Assembly (NCBI GenBank): GCA_043810635.1
Contig: JBDRNY010000021.1
Coordinates: forward strand, 1-54,040
DNA: 54,040 nucleotides
Reading direction: 5' to 3'
Source: Candidatus Micrarchaeota archaeon
GTDB taxonomy: Archaea > Micrarchaeota > Micrarchaeia > Anstonellales > Anstonellaceae
The notes under the pieces were generated by a model that was not told where the DNA came from, ran no database searches, and saw only the letters and a program-made list of their open reading frames with translations. Below, one piece after another: positions 35,573 through 43,164 of this stretch. How positions within the stretch are numbered: the stretch's first letter is position 1; each line of letters starts with the position of its first letter. Made by a program: the position numbers and the translations under genes.

Positions 35573-35709
35573 TGCCAAGGGAGGGATTTGAACCCTCGGC
35601 TTCCAGATTTCTCAGAGAGCCATTATTCATCATTAAGCAAAAATGCTTTCGGCACTCATACGGCTTTGCATATGAGTCTGGCACTCTAACCAAACTGAGT
35701 TACCTTGGC
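35573..35709 (-). tRNA. tRNA-Met (anticodon CAT; elongator type, or Ile2-type CAU) with a 62-nt intron at position 37/38
   Basis: Manual fold on the minus strand: acceptor GCCAAGG/CCTTGGC, D arm ACTC/GAGT, anticodon stem CCAGA/TCTGG with loop CTCATA-[intron 35609-35670]-A, T arm GAGGG-TTCAAAT-CCCTC, discriminator A. The G1:C72 pair and the anticodon stem argue against an initiator. Confidence 0.85.
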
Positions 35710-35869
35710 AACAGATATTATTTGAACAAATAAAGAATAAAAAAGGAGCATAAGCAGTGCAACTGGAAATAAAATCCAAAATTCCCTTATTTTTTCATAA
35801 CTTTTTTTCATTTTTCAATTATTTGAAATTTTTGCTTCGGAAATGCCGTGAGAGAAAGATATTTAAATC

Positions 35870-38800
35870 ATGTGTGAGATGGTTGGAATGGTGGTACCAG
35901 TGTTGGGTTTGTCCAAATTCGTTCCTAAGAAGATGTTCTCGTATATATTTGCTATTTTTGCAATATTTCTTTTGATGGGTTTGTCAAATGCTGCATTAAG
36001 CATTTTTGCAAATACCACCAATGCTACCACCAATAGCAGTTTCAGTTATACTTGGTATTCGAAAAATGCAACTTTAATTCAGATCAATGTGACTGCAAAT
36101 GATTCGGATTATTTGCAGAATATTACTAATGTTACCTTGAACGGCTCTGTTTGTAGTGAAGGGGCACTCGTAGCTTTTGTTAACACCACCAATGCAACAA
36201 ACGGCAGTGGCACCAACAGTGCATTTTCAACTGTTAATTGGACTGTTAATTGCACATTCTCGCAGGGTGCAACCGACGGGCCGAAAAACCTTACAATTAC
36301 AGTATATAACAACAAGTCTGAAAATGCGACTGTAAATATTACAATTACCCAGGATACTACGGGCCCCACATTTGTAAAGCACCCCAACAGCACAGGAGTG
36401 CTTCAGCAAGATAATTGGTATTCTGACTGGTATGTTAATGTTACTGACAATGAAAATATTTTGAATATAACAATCAATGTGTCAGATGCAGGAGTGTGGA
36501 ATGTTTCCCATATCAACATCAGCTTGTGGAATAACAGCCAAGGAGGAGCGGTGCACACATTCTTTGGAGTGTGGAATATGTCCAACACTTCAACCCAATG
36601 GAACATCACCCTTAACCTCACAAACATATCATTTAACAACCACACAATTACAACTCCGGAAGGATATATTCTTTACATAAACGGAAGTGATGTTTTGGGC
36701 AATGTGCCTTCAGGCTCTCCTGAAAACCAGTCAATCAGCTTATTATTGCATAATTTAGGAAATGTGCAGGGGCCGCCGGCAGACGTAATAATGAACGGCG
36801 TTAATATAAGCCAGTGCATAAGGGAAACTACTGCATCAACAAACATGAGCAAAATCAGGAATTATGCTGCAACCAACTTTGTAATGGAATCGGAAATGAA
36901 CGGCACAGCCACATGCAGTGCAATGTTTGGAATGACCCAGGCAGCCCCGTGGAATAACACCTTCCAGAAAATTGGAAAAGTAAACTTTAGCCTTGTTAAT
37001 ATAAGCAGCCAGGCGCAGGCGCAAGCAGTTATGATGGCAATGGGCAATGCAATACAGATACAGATTGCGCCTCCGCGCTCTTACAGAGCTTCAAGAATTT
37101 ATGTTAATTCAAGCGCGATATCATCGCTTAACACAAGCGCAAATATTACATTGTATTACCTGCCGCTTTGCGGCGTACCTAATATAAGCTATGACGAGGG
37201 AGGAGACAACAGTGTGGTAGTTGTTGCAAATTCAACATGGTATGATTCAGCCAATTACACCTGCTTTACAAACCTTACAATACAGGTGGGCAATTTCTCA
37301 GGCTATAACTTATCAGATGTTACTCCGCCTTCAATAAGAATACTCAGCCCGCTTAATGCATCAAACTATTCCTCGGCCCACATAAGTTTCTCAGTAAACG
37401 GAACTGGGAGCGAGATAAGCTATATTGCCTCATGGATTGTGAATTCCTCAGGTTCCACAGTCAGTAACGCAGGTTTTGTGTTCAATGGCACCCATAATTT
37501 AGGAAACACCTCGGGGTGCGTTAACATTTCCCCAAGCTGGGCAAATATGACATGCAATATGACCAATCTAAGCCTGCCTGCAACCGCAGGAAATTATACA
37601 TTATATGTAAGAGCATATGACTTTGGAGGAACCTCTGGAAACATCCTCCTAGTAAATTCATCTTTTGTAAACAACACAGGCCCGACGGTTAGTGCAAATG
37701 TTACATATACAAACAAAACCACAGGGCACACCATAACCATCCAGGCAACATTTGCTGATGACAACGGGGCAGATGATATCAACTTTACAAATGTGAGCTT
37801 AAACTTAAGCGGCTACACCAATGTTTCATGCACATATAATAGCAATACTACATCTGGCGGCTCGTTTACTGTTTATTACAATTGCACAAACAACACAGCA
37901 TTTGTGCAGGGCAGGAACTTCACCCTTAACATAACTGTAAATGACACTTACAACACCACAGTCAATGCAGTGTATGCTGCAGGGGACGGCAATATGTCAT
38001 TGCCTGACAATGCGCCTGTAATAAGCGCGGTTGCAATTACGCCCTTGCCATTATTCAACTTTACAAACGCTACATGCACCCCGACAGTGTCAGACCCTGA
38101 CAATGATACGTTTAATTATACCTACAACTGGTCGATTAACGGAAGCTATACAAGAAATTTGAGCGGAAATACATACAATACAACAGATACTATGTGGTAT
38201 GTTTCCAACTACACTGCTGGTTCAAATATTACATGCATGGTGATTGTAAACAGCACATATGCAAATGCAACAGCAGTTAATTCAACCACATATATTGTGT
38301 CAAACCAGACAGGATCTAATATGACAATTATAAATAATATTACAATGAATGTATCCCACTCCCTAAACTACACAACTGTAGCAGGAGATGTATCGCTCAA
38401 TATGAGCTTTGTAAACGGCACCAATGTAAGCATGCCTGCAGGCAACAACTATACTACAGAAGTAAATGCAACGGAAGGAAATGTTTTCTTGTGGATTTCC
38501 AACTTCACCGTATCCAGCGGTGATTTGACAAATACAAATACATCGCAATACGGCCTTATCTTCCAGGGAGGGCCTTCAGGAGTGAATTTCACGCCAAATG
38601 CAACTGTGACATTTAATTACAGTGGAGTTTCAGCAGCACTGCAAGCCCAGATTGAAACAGCATTGGCTGCAGGAAATCTGTGGATTAAGAAATGCAATGA
38701 ATCCGGAGGGGCATGCCAAAACCTTTCCCCAAGCGGATATTCCGCAGCAAGCAACCTCATCAATGTAAGCATATCAGGATTTTCAGTGCTTGGAATTTAT

Positions 38801-39235
38801 GACAACACATCAGCACCTGCTGCAGCAGCCACACCCGGAACAACCAGCAGTGGAAGCTCAACTGGTGGAGGCTCATTCTCCCAGCCAGTTCCTGCAACAC
38901 CTTCAGCTGGTGAAGAAGAGGAAGGAGAAACAACACCGCCAGCAACTCCGCCATCAGGAGGAACTGTTGAACAGCCAGGGCCTGGGGAAGCAGGAGGGCA
39001 GCAGCCTGGAGAAGGAGAGCAGCAGCCCCCGACAACACCAACAACTCCGCAGCCGGGCACAACAATAACTCCGCCAGGAGGAGCGGCTCCAACAACGCCT
39101 GGAGAAGAGCCGGGAATTGACTTCTTCGGCATTTTGGTATCTCTTGTAGGAATAGTCATCCTCATTGCAATAGTCGGAGGAGGGGCATTCCTGCTGTTAA
39201 GAGGAGGCAAAGGAAAAGGGCTTGCTGGCATTTAG
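35870..39235 (+). CDS. Surface (S-layer-like) glycoprotein candidate, 1121 aa, extremely rich in N-glycosylation sequons, with a Pro/Thr linker and a C-terminal TM anchor
   Basis: The signal peptide is MFSYIFAIFAIFLLMGLSNAALS, so the real start may be ATG 35933. My manual count gives about 105 N-x-S/T sequons. The C-terminus has a PGTTSSGSS...TPTTPQPGTTITPP linker, then PGIDFFGILVSLVGIVILIAIVGGGAFLLL and RGGKGKG. Confidence 0.8.
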   Translation: MCEMVGMVVPVLGLSKFVPKKMFSYIFAIFAIFLLMGLSNAALSIFANTTNATTNSSFSYTWYSKNATLIQINVTANDSDYLQNITNVTLNGSVCSEGALVAFVNTTNATNGSGTNSAFSTVNWTVNCTFSQGATDGPKNLTITVYNNKSENATVNITITQDTTGPTFVKHPNSTGVLQQDNWYSDWYVNVTDNENILNITINVSDAGVWNVSHINISLWNNSQGGAVHTFFGVWNMSNTSTQWNITLNLTNISFNNHTITTPEGYILYINGSDVLGNVPSGSPENQSISLLLHNLGNVQGPPADVIMNGVNISQCIRETTASTNMSKIRNYAATNFVMESEMNGTATCSAMFGMTQAAPWNNTFQKIGKVNFSLVNISSQAQAQAVMMAMGNAIQIQIAPPRSYRASRIYVNSSAISSLNTSANITLYYLPLCGVPNISYDEGGDNSVVVVANSTWYDSANYTCFTNLTIQVGNFSGYNLSDVTPPSIRILSPLNASNYSSAHISFSVNGTGSEISYIASWIVNSSGSTVSNAGFVFNGTHNLGNTSGCVNISPSWANMTCNMTNLSLPATAGNYTLYVRAYDFGGTSGNILLVNSSFVNNTGPTVSANVTYTNKTTGHTITIQATFADDNGADDINFTNVSLNLSGYTNVSCTYNSNTTSGGSFTVYYNCTNNTAFVQGRNFTLNITVNDTYNTTVNAVYAAGDGNMSLPDNAPVISAVAITPLPLFNFTNATCTPTVSDPDNDTFNYTYNWSINGSYTRNLSGNTYNTTDTMWYVSNYTAGSNITCMVIVNSTYANATAVNSTTYIVSNQTGSNMTIINNITMNVSHSLNYTTVAGDVSLNMSFVNGTNVSMPAGNNYTTEVNATEGNVFLWISNFTVSSGDLTNTNTSQYGLIFQGGPSGVNFTPNATVTFNYSGVSAALQAQIETALAAGNLWIKKCNESGGACQNLSPSGYSAASNLINVSISGFSVLGIYDNTSAPAAAATPGTTSSGSSTGGGSFSQPVPATPSAGEEEEGETTPPATPPSGGTVEQPGPGEAGGQQPGEGEQQPPTTPTTPQPGTTITPPGGAAPTTPGEEPGIDFFGILVSLVGIVILIAIVGGGAFLLLRGGKGKGLAGI

Positions 39236-39239
39236 CCCA

Positions 39240-39271
39240 TTTTTTCTTCTTTTTTATTTTTATTTTCTTTT
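39240..39271 (+). terminator. Oligo-T-rich putative archaeal terminator after the glycoprotein gene
   Basis: The sequence tttttcttcttttttatttttattttctttt lies immediately downstream of the TAG at 39233. Confidence 0.45.
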
Positions 39272-39343
39272 CAATATAGCCCAATTACTTTTTATTTTAT
39301 TGCAACCTATCCTAATTATGGCAAAACATAAGAGGCGAAGATG

Positions 39344-39406
39344 ATGGCAAAACAACAGCAGAAAAGGTTTTGCCAGACTTATCCGGGAAAAAGGAGGATA
39401 AGCTGA
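39344..39406 (+). promoter_or_regulatory. Conserved leader upstream of glyS: 20-codon uORF (MAKQQQKRFCQTYPGKRRIS) containing an 8-bp hairpin
   Basis: The element is 33/36 nt identical to 43097-43132 upstream of rpl7ae. The hairpin is GGCAAAAC (39346-53)/GTTTTGCC (39367-74) with a 13-nt loop. The uORF has its own SD (GAGG, 8-nt spacing), and its TGA overlaps the glyS ATG (TGATG). An 8-codon mini-ORF (39318-39344, MAKHKRRR) precedes it in the same overlapping fashion. Confidence 0.5.
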
Positions 39407-40905
39407 TGGCAAAATTACATGAGAAAATATTGGATATTGCGATTCAGCGGGGATTTCTCATTCCTTCAGCCGAAATTTACAACTCTCCTGCAGGATTTTA
39501 TGATTACGGGCCTGTGGGGGCGGCTGTTAAAAGAAAAATGCAAAATTTGTGGAGAGAATTGTTTGTTTTAAGGCAGGGGTATTTGGAAATTGAAACCAGC
39601 ATAATACTTCCGCATAATGTGTTTGTTGCTTCAGGCCATGCTGCAAATTTCAAGGATTTTATGATTGAATGCAAAAAAGAAAAGAAAAAATTTCGGGCAG
39701 ACAAATTGCTTGAAGAAAAAACAGGAAAAAGTTGGGAAGGAAAGAGTGCCGGGGAAATTGAGAAAGGGATAAAAGAGCATAAAATAAAATGCCCGGATTG
39801 TGAGGAAGAGCTGGCAGATGTTGCTTCTTTTAATTTGATGTTCGGCACAAGGATAGGCAGTGGAAAAGATGATAATGCAAATTTAAGGCCTGAAACAGCG
39901 CAGGGAATATTTCTTGCATTTAAAAGAATATTTGCGCAATACGGGGCAAATCTGCCTGTTGCAATAGCCCAGATTGGAAAATCTTTTAGAAATGAAATTT
40001 CCCCCCGCCAGGGATTGGTAAGGATGAGGGAGTTTACGCAAATGGAATTAGAATATTTTTTTAACCCTAAAAATGACAAAATGGAAGAATTTGAAAAATT
40101 GAAGGAAAAAAAGGTGAGGATAAAGCTTCCTGCAAAGAAAAACGAGGAAGCGAAAATTGAAGAAATAACATTGCAGGAAGGGGTGGAAAAAAAATATTTT
40201 CCAAATGAAATTATGGCAGTAATGATATATTGGCAGCAGGAATATTATGAAAAAATCGGAATTGACAAGAATAAATTTCATTTCAGGATTATGCCCCCAG
40301 AAGAGTTGCCCCATTATTCCAAGGGAAATGTTGATTTGGAAGTGGAGACAAGCTATGGGGTGATTGAAACAGTCGGCACTGCTTATAGGACAGATTTTGA
40401 TTTATCCTCCCATCAAAAGCATTCTAAACAGGAATTGGCTGTGCATGTGCAGGGGGAGGGAAAAATAATCCCCCATGTAATTGAGCCTTCATTTGGAGTG
40501 GACAGGCCGTTTTATTGCATTTTAGAGCATTGCTTTAGGGAGAAGAGCAAGGAAAAGGAGTGGGAATGGTTTGCTCTTCCGCCGTCTATTGCGCCTTATG
40601 TTGCAGGAATATTTCCATTGCAAAAAAAAGATGGATTGCCTGAAATTGCGGAAAAAATTGTGAAAATGCTTCGTGAGGAAGGGATAGATGTTTATTATGT
40701 GAGAACAGGTTCGATAGGGAAGAGATATGCGCGCGCTGATGAAATCGGGGTGCCTTATTGCATTACAATAGATTATGAGAGCAAGGAAAAAAATGATGTT
40801 ACAATTAGGTATCGGGATGACGGGGGGCAGGAAAGAATTGCAATAAGCGAGCTGGCGGGGAAAATAAGAGAATTGGAAAAAGAGGGGAAAACTTCGCTAA
40901 AATGA
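39406..40905 (+). CDS. glyS: Glycine--tRNA ligase (archaeal/eukaryotic-type class II)
   Basis: It contains MAKLHEKILDIAIQRGFLIPSAEIYNSPAGFYDYGPVGAAVKRKMQNLWRE, FRNEISPRQGLVRMREFTQMELEYF and EPSFGVDRPFY. A GGAGG lies 8 nt before ATG 39406. Confidence 0.93.
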   Translation: MAKLHEKILDIAIQRGFLIPSAEIYNSPAGFYDYGPVGAAVKRKMQNLWRELFVLRQGYLEIETSIILPHNVFVASGHAANFKDFMIECKKEKKKFRADKLLEEKTGKSWEGKSAGEIEKGIKEHKIKCPDCEEELADVASFNLMFGTRIGSGKDDNANLRPETAQGIFLAFKRIFAQYGANLPVAIAQIGKSFRNEISPRQGLVRMREFTQMELEYFFNPKNDKMEEFEKLKEKKVRIKLPAKKNEEAKIEEITLQEGVEKKYFPNEIMAVMIYWQQEYYEKIGIDKNKFHFRIMPPEELPHYSKGNVDLEVETSYGVIETVGTAYRTDFDLSSHQKHSKQELAVHVQGEGKIIPHVIEPSFGVDRPFYCILEHCFREKSKEKEWEWFALPPSIAPYVAGIFPLQKKDGLPEIAEKIVKMLREEGIDVYYVRTGSIGKRYARADEIGVPYCITIDYESKEKNDVTIRYRDDGGQERIAISELAGKIRELEKEGKTSLK

Positions 40906-41571
40906 TTCTGGCTCCTTTGGCTGGGAAGAAGGAACTTCCTTAGGTTTTTCATCATTTTTTGAAGAATAGATTTTCACATAAAGCGCTACCCCGGAAAGCG
41001 CTATTGCATATATGGGCCACAAAAGCCAGCCAAAAGAATCTTTGCTTTGCCTGGAACTAAGAAATATGGAAAAAAGTTCTGAAAATGAATATGTTCCCTT
41101 ATCTTTTTCCTTGAACCACGAAACCCAAGCTTGTGCAGTAGTATTCTGCAGGATGCTACGAGTTTGGAAAAGTTCGGATGGGATTCCTCCTATGTCGTGT
41201 ATCATAAAAGTTAGGGGAGAGTCTTTTACAATTGGTCCAGTTTCAACAAGCAGGGACCTGTAATCAGAGTATATGCCATTACATGCTACACTCCATAAAT
41301 ACGTTTTCGCCTCCATGTTCTTGGAAGTAAAAACAATTTTTTCCCCGGCAGGCACCCGAAGCGGACCTAAGGGGGACGAGCCTTCAGACAGAAAAAAACA
41401 GGTTGCAGCATCAGACTCTTGGCTTTCTCCAGTATAAACAAATGAAAAATCAACGCTTGAGCTGTTGGTGCGCAGACCGTCAATTGGAGAGATAAGCTCG
41501 ACAGAGGCAACAGCAAAGATGAGTGGGAAAAGAAGAAATACCGCAACAAAAAATTTTATCCCGCAGGTCAT
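40897..41571 (-). CDS. Secreted protein with a C-terminal TM anchor, unknown function (224 aa)
   Basis: It has an N-terminal signal (FFVAVFLLFPLIFAVASV) and a C-terminal TM (WLLWPIYAIALSGVALYVKIY) followed by a charged tail. Confidence 0.6.
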   Translation of the reverse strand: MTCGIKFFVAVFLLFPLIFAVASVELISPIDGLRTNSSSVDFSFVYTGESQESDAATCFFLSEGSSPLGPLRVPAGEKIVFTSKNMEAKTYLWSVACNGIYSDYRSLLVETGPIVKDSPLTFMIHDIGGIPSELFQTRSILQNTTAQAWVSWFKEKDKGTYSFSELFSIFLSSRQSKDSFGWLLWPIYAIALSGVALYVKIYSSKNDEKPKEVPSSQPKEPESF

Positions 41572-42770
41572 TTATCCACCCTAACAAATTTATCCACTAT
41601 AGGCCTAATGGCTGTTTTAATAGGACAATATATCCTCATAAATACAACAGAAAACAGATAAGAAATGAGAAGGACAGGGAGAGCATATACTAAGAAAGCC
41701 AAAGGACCGCCAATAAAAGGCAAATTATTTCTCAATAAAGCATATACTGCCCAATGGATTAGATAAATTGTAAGGATATGCCTTCCGAATTCAGAGAGAA
41801 AGTCTGTTATTATTCCCCCAAAGCGATAGGATGTGAGAAAGAGCAGCAATATCAGCGGGGGAAAAAGGAAGAATGCATATTTGTAAGAGAGATAAATAAA
41901 CACTGAAGTGCCTATGAGAATAAACAGTAATATGGCTGAAACTAGTACGGATTTCTTTCTTTTTGCTACAGAATCAAAATTATATTCTGAGAGGTATGCA
42001 CCAAAAAGAAAAAAGAAAAGATATCGGAATGGAAGTGTGAGTATAAGAGAATAAGCTATTGAGGTTGTGTACAGGTGAGATTCAAAGAAATCGGATACGA
42101 AACAAGAGATAAGTGAAAAAATAAAAACGGCTATTAACACCTTCTGATTAAGAAAGAAGCGTTTGAAATTTAGGAAAAATGGAAATATGAGATACATATA
42201 GATTATTAACGGGATGAAGTAATTTGAGGGGGAGTCGTGAATATATGGCATTTGTCCCAGTACCATGTCAAGAAAAACATTGATTGGGTCAATTGGGAAA
42301 GAGGATAGGATGCGCAGAAGAACAACTATCAGAAAATAGGGAACAATTATGCGGAAAAAAATGTTGAGAAAATATTTTTTGTATGAAAACAAATAAGCAT
42401 AACGCTTCATCAGCAGGTATCCAGAGCATAAAATGAAAATAGGAACAGCAGACCCTAGAAAAAAGTAAGGAATAGGACTGTTTACGTGGATTAGTATTAC
42501 GGCAATTATGCCGATTCCCTTTAGCACATCAAAAAGCTTGATTCTTTTTTGTTTTTCAGAAGGGTCGGGCTCCTCTCTTTTTGGGAAATTTTTCAATGCC
42601 CATCCCAAGGTAACTAAAAACAGGATTCCGATCGTGAAATCAAGAAAGAAATTGAGAGGATCAAACTCAAACATATAAATTATATGAATGAAAAAAGGAT
42701 ATAAACAATAGCTAATAAGATGCAAATCTGCCAATATTAGAAAAACAAGCCTTAAATAGGGAAAATACAT
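41568..42770 (-). CDS. Integral membrane acyltransferase (acyltransferase-3 family-like)
   Basis: It has about 10 TM segments. FDVLKGIGIIAVILIHV resembles the LD.LRG.A...V...H N-terminal motif of acyltransferase-3 proteins. The true start may be internal. Confidence 0.5.
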   Translation of the reverse strand: MYFPYLRLVFLILADLHLISYCLYPFFIHIIYMFEFDPLNFFLDFTIGILFLVTLGWALKNFPKREEPDPSEKQKRIKLFDVLKGIGIIAVILIHVNSPIPYFFLGSAVPIFILCSGYLLMKRYAYLFSYKKYFLNIFFRIIVPYFLIVVLLRILSSFPIDPINVFLDMVLGQMPYIHDSPSNYFIPLIIYMYLIFPFFLNFKRFFLNQKVLIAVFIFSLISCFVSDFFESHLYTTSIAYSLILTLPFRYLFFFLFGAYLSEYNFDSVAKRKKSVLVSAILLFILIGTSVFIYLSYKYAFFLFPPLILLLFLTSYRFGGIITDFLSEFGRHILTIYLIHWAVYALLRNNLPFIGGPLAFLVYALPVLLISYLFSVVFMRIYCPIKTAIRPIVDKFVRVDK

Positions 42771-42785
42771 TATATTTTTGCAAAT

Positions 42786-42995
42786 GGCCCCCGAGCTGCT
42801 TGCGCTCCCTTAAATGGGAGTGAGGAAGTTCTGTCCACAGCAAATGATAAGCCCTCCGCCTTCAAGGGGCGGAGCCGGGAGCAGAAACGACACCTGTATG
42901 GGATGAAACGGCTCGGCTTTAGAGGGCGGCTGTGCAAGGCATTTATGCCGCGTCAGTCGAATGCAGCTAAAACAGAAGACAGACTATGAGGGGCC
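42786..42995 (+). ncRNA. rnpB: RNase P RNA, compact form (about 210 nt)
   Basis: It is a GC-rich non-coding island. P1 is GGCCCC/GGGGCC, P2 is AGCUGC/GCAGCU and the P3 hairpin is CUCCC-UUAAAU-GGGAG. The CR-I-like GAGGAAGUUCUGUCC pairs with the CR-V-like ACAGAAGACAGACUAU to form a P4 helix with a bulged U. Confidence 0.7.
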
Positions 42996-43096
42996 GTTTG
43001 CACTAAAAATAGCTTTTTAAGCATTCTACCTCTAAATATTTAGTGCTGATTCTTTTAGCATCAGCTATGAACCGATGAAAATTGAGGTGAGCATAT

Positions 43097-43162
43097 ATGG
43101 CAAAACAACAGCAGAAGCGGTTTTGCCAGACATCACCGACGAATGAAATGAGGAGGCGATGA
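43097..43162 (+). promoter_or_regulatory. Conserved leader upstream of rpl7ae: 21-codon uORF (MAKQQQKRFCQTSPTNEMRRR) containing the same 8-bp hairpin
   Basis: This is a near-identical copy of 39344-39379. The hairpin is GGCAAAAC (43099-106)/GTTTTGCC (43120-127). The uORF has its own SD (GAGGTGA, 8-nt spacing), and its TGA ends 2 nt before the rpl7ae ATG at 43165. Confidence 0.5.
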
Positions 43163-43164
43163 AG

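Noticed and set aside
35757-35975. 72-aa plus-strand ORF upstream of and overlapping the glycoprotein gene
   Set aside because: It lies in the AT-rich promoter region next to the tRNA-Met gene, is out of frame with the 1121-aa ORF and has a low-complexity translation.
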